DNA of 64,000 nt, from positions 14,620 through 78,619 of the forward strand of contig CALCLY010000027.1 of assembly GCA_937966555.1 (NCBI GenBank), read 5' to 3'. The position numbers and the translations under genes were made by a program. Within the stretch, counting starts at the first letter, position 1. Each line of letters begins with the position of its first letter. Of this stretch, positions 63,374 through 64,000 are shown one piece after another. This DNA is from an uncultured Clostridia bacterium. GTDB lineage: Bacteria > Bacillota > Clostridia > UMGS1883 > UMGS1540. The notes under the pieces were generated by a model. The model ran no database searches, was not told where the DNA came from, and worked only from the letters and a program-made list of their open reading frames with translations.

Positions 63374-64000
63374 ATGAAAAAGAAAGTTTTGATTTTTTTC
63401 GTATCGGCAATATTTGTTTTGGTTTTCACGGCGGCATCGTATTCGTGCGGATTCGGTGAGGATCTGGAAAACAGCGTCATAAGGCTGCATGTGCTTGCAA
63501 ACAGCGACAGCGCGGAAGATCAGGCACTGAAACTTCGCGTGCGCGACAGGATTTTAAAAGACGGCAGAGAGCTTTTTAAAAATGCAAAATCAGAGGAAGA
63601 GGCACGCAGAATTTTAAGCGAAAACAGAGATTTTCTTGAAAATTCCGCCCGTGACGAAATTTTCAGTGCAGGGTATGACTACCCGGTTGCGGTGAATATG
63701 GGAAAATACGATTTCCCGATGAAGGTTTATGAAAATTACGCGTTTCCTTCCGGGGAATATGAGGCTGTGAGAGTTGAGATAGGGAAAGCCGAAGGGCAGA
63801 ACTGGTGGTGCGTCATGTTTCCGCCGCTGTGCTTTGTTGACGGCACAGTGGACGAAGAAAAAGCGGAGGAAACGCTGCGCTCCGCGCTTACGGCAGATGA
63901 GTTTGATGTGATTTCCGCATCCGGCGGAGTTGATTTGAGATTTAAAGTTGTGGATGTTTTTCAGTCGTCATTTAAGGCGGTTAAGACAGCATTGGCAAAG
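63374..64000 (+). CDS. spoIIR: stage II sporulation protein R (3' end beyond the window)
   Basis: MKKKVLIFFVSAIF..., VIRLHVLANSDSAEDQALKLRVRDRIL, GEYEAVRVEIG.AEGQNWWCVMFPPLCF. The ORF is open to the window end, so it is missing from the ORF track. Confidence 0.88.
   Translation, partial: MKKKVLIFFVSAIFVLVFTAASYSCGFGEDLENSVIRLHVLANSDSAEDQALKLRVRDRILKDGRELFKNAKSEEEARRILSENRDFLENSARDEIFSAGYDYPVAVNMGKYDFPMKVYENYAFPSGEYEAVRVEIGKAEGQNWWCVMFPPLCFVDGTVDEEKAEETLRSALTADEFDVISASGGVDLRFKVVDVFQSSFKAVKTALAK

Overview
This is a 64-kb chromosomal segment from a spore-forming Firmicute, probably a Clostridia-type genome. It carries the spoIIAA-spoIIAB-sigF operon, sigG and spoIIR. I count about 55 protein genes and no rRNA, tRNA or CRISPR. 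Most genes are housekeeping: the nrdD 5' end, Rrf2-cysK, uxaA-uxaB with an AraC regulator, a DegT aminotransferase, mgsA, nrdR, rpiB, tsaB-tsaE, comM/yifB, yfcE, two ABC exporters, yebC, a prsA-like gene, mfd, pth, ahcY, argG-argH, ruvC, nifS-thiI, a cinA C-terminal domain gene, a parC-like gene, bioY, a cyclophilin and gap. Accessory content comprises: a tail-fibre-like repeat protein plus a mobile-element replication-type HTH protein (1.9-4.3 kb); an orphan LytTR regulator followed by two large secreted proteins (13.5-19.3 kb); a 900-aa BspA-type LRR protein; and a KdpDE-like two-component pair next to orphan oadB/oadG. The most unusual signal is non-coding. Almost every longer intergenic gap is filled by a mosaic (BIME-like) family of hairpin modules built around a 27-nt REP-like palindrome, GTAGGGGCGACC-N6-GGTCGCCCG. 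By hand I count 21 full copies and roughly 4 kb of repeat DNA, including a 139-bp x 3.5 tandem array. A single RAYT-type HUH/Y1 transposase gene lies at 46.08-46.55 kb. It is flanked by this palindrome and carries an inverted pair of it in frame inside its own ORF. Its catalytic-Tyr module sits in the -1 frame behind an A_AAA_AAA run. Other leads are a promoter-to-terminator structured RNA candidate upstream of the LytTR gene and a DnaA-box cluster upstream of the spoIIA operon. All calls come from reading the sequence and the ORF track. Repeat boundaries are approximate (a few nt), and functions are inferred from recognisable motifs, not from searches.
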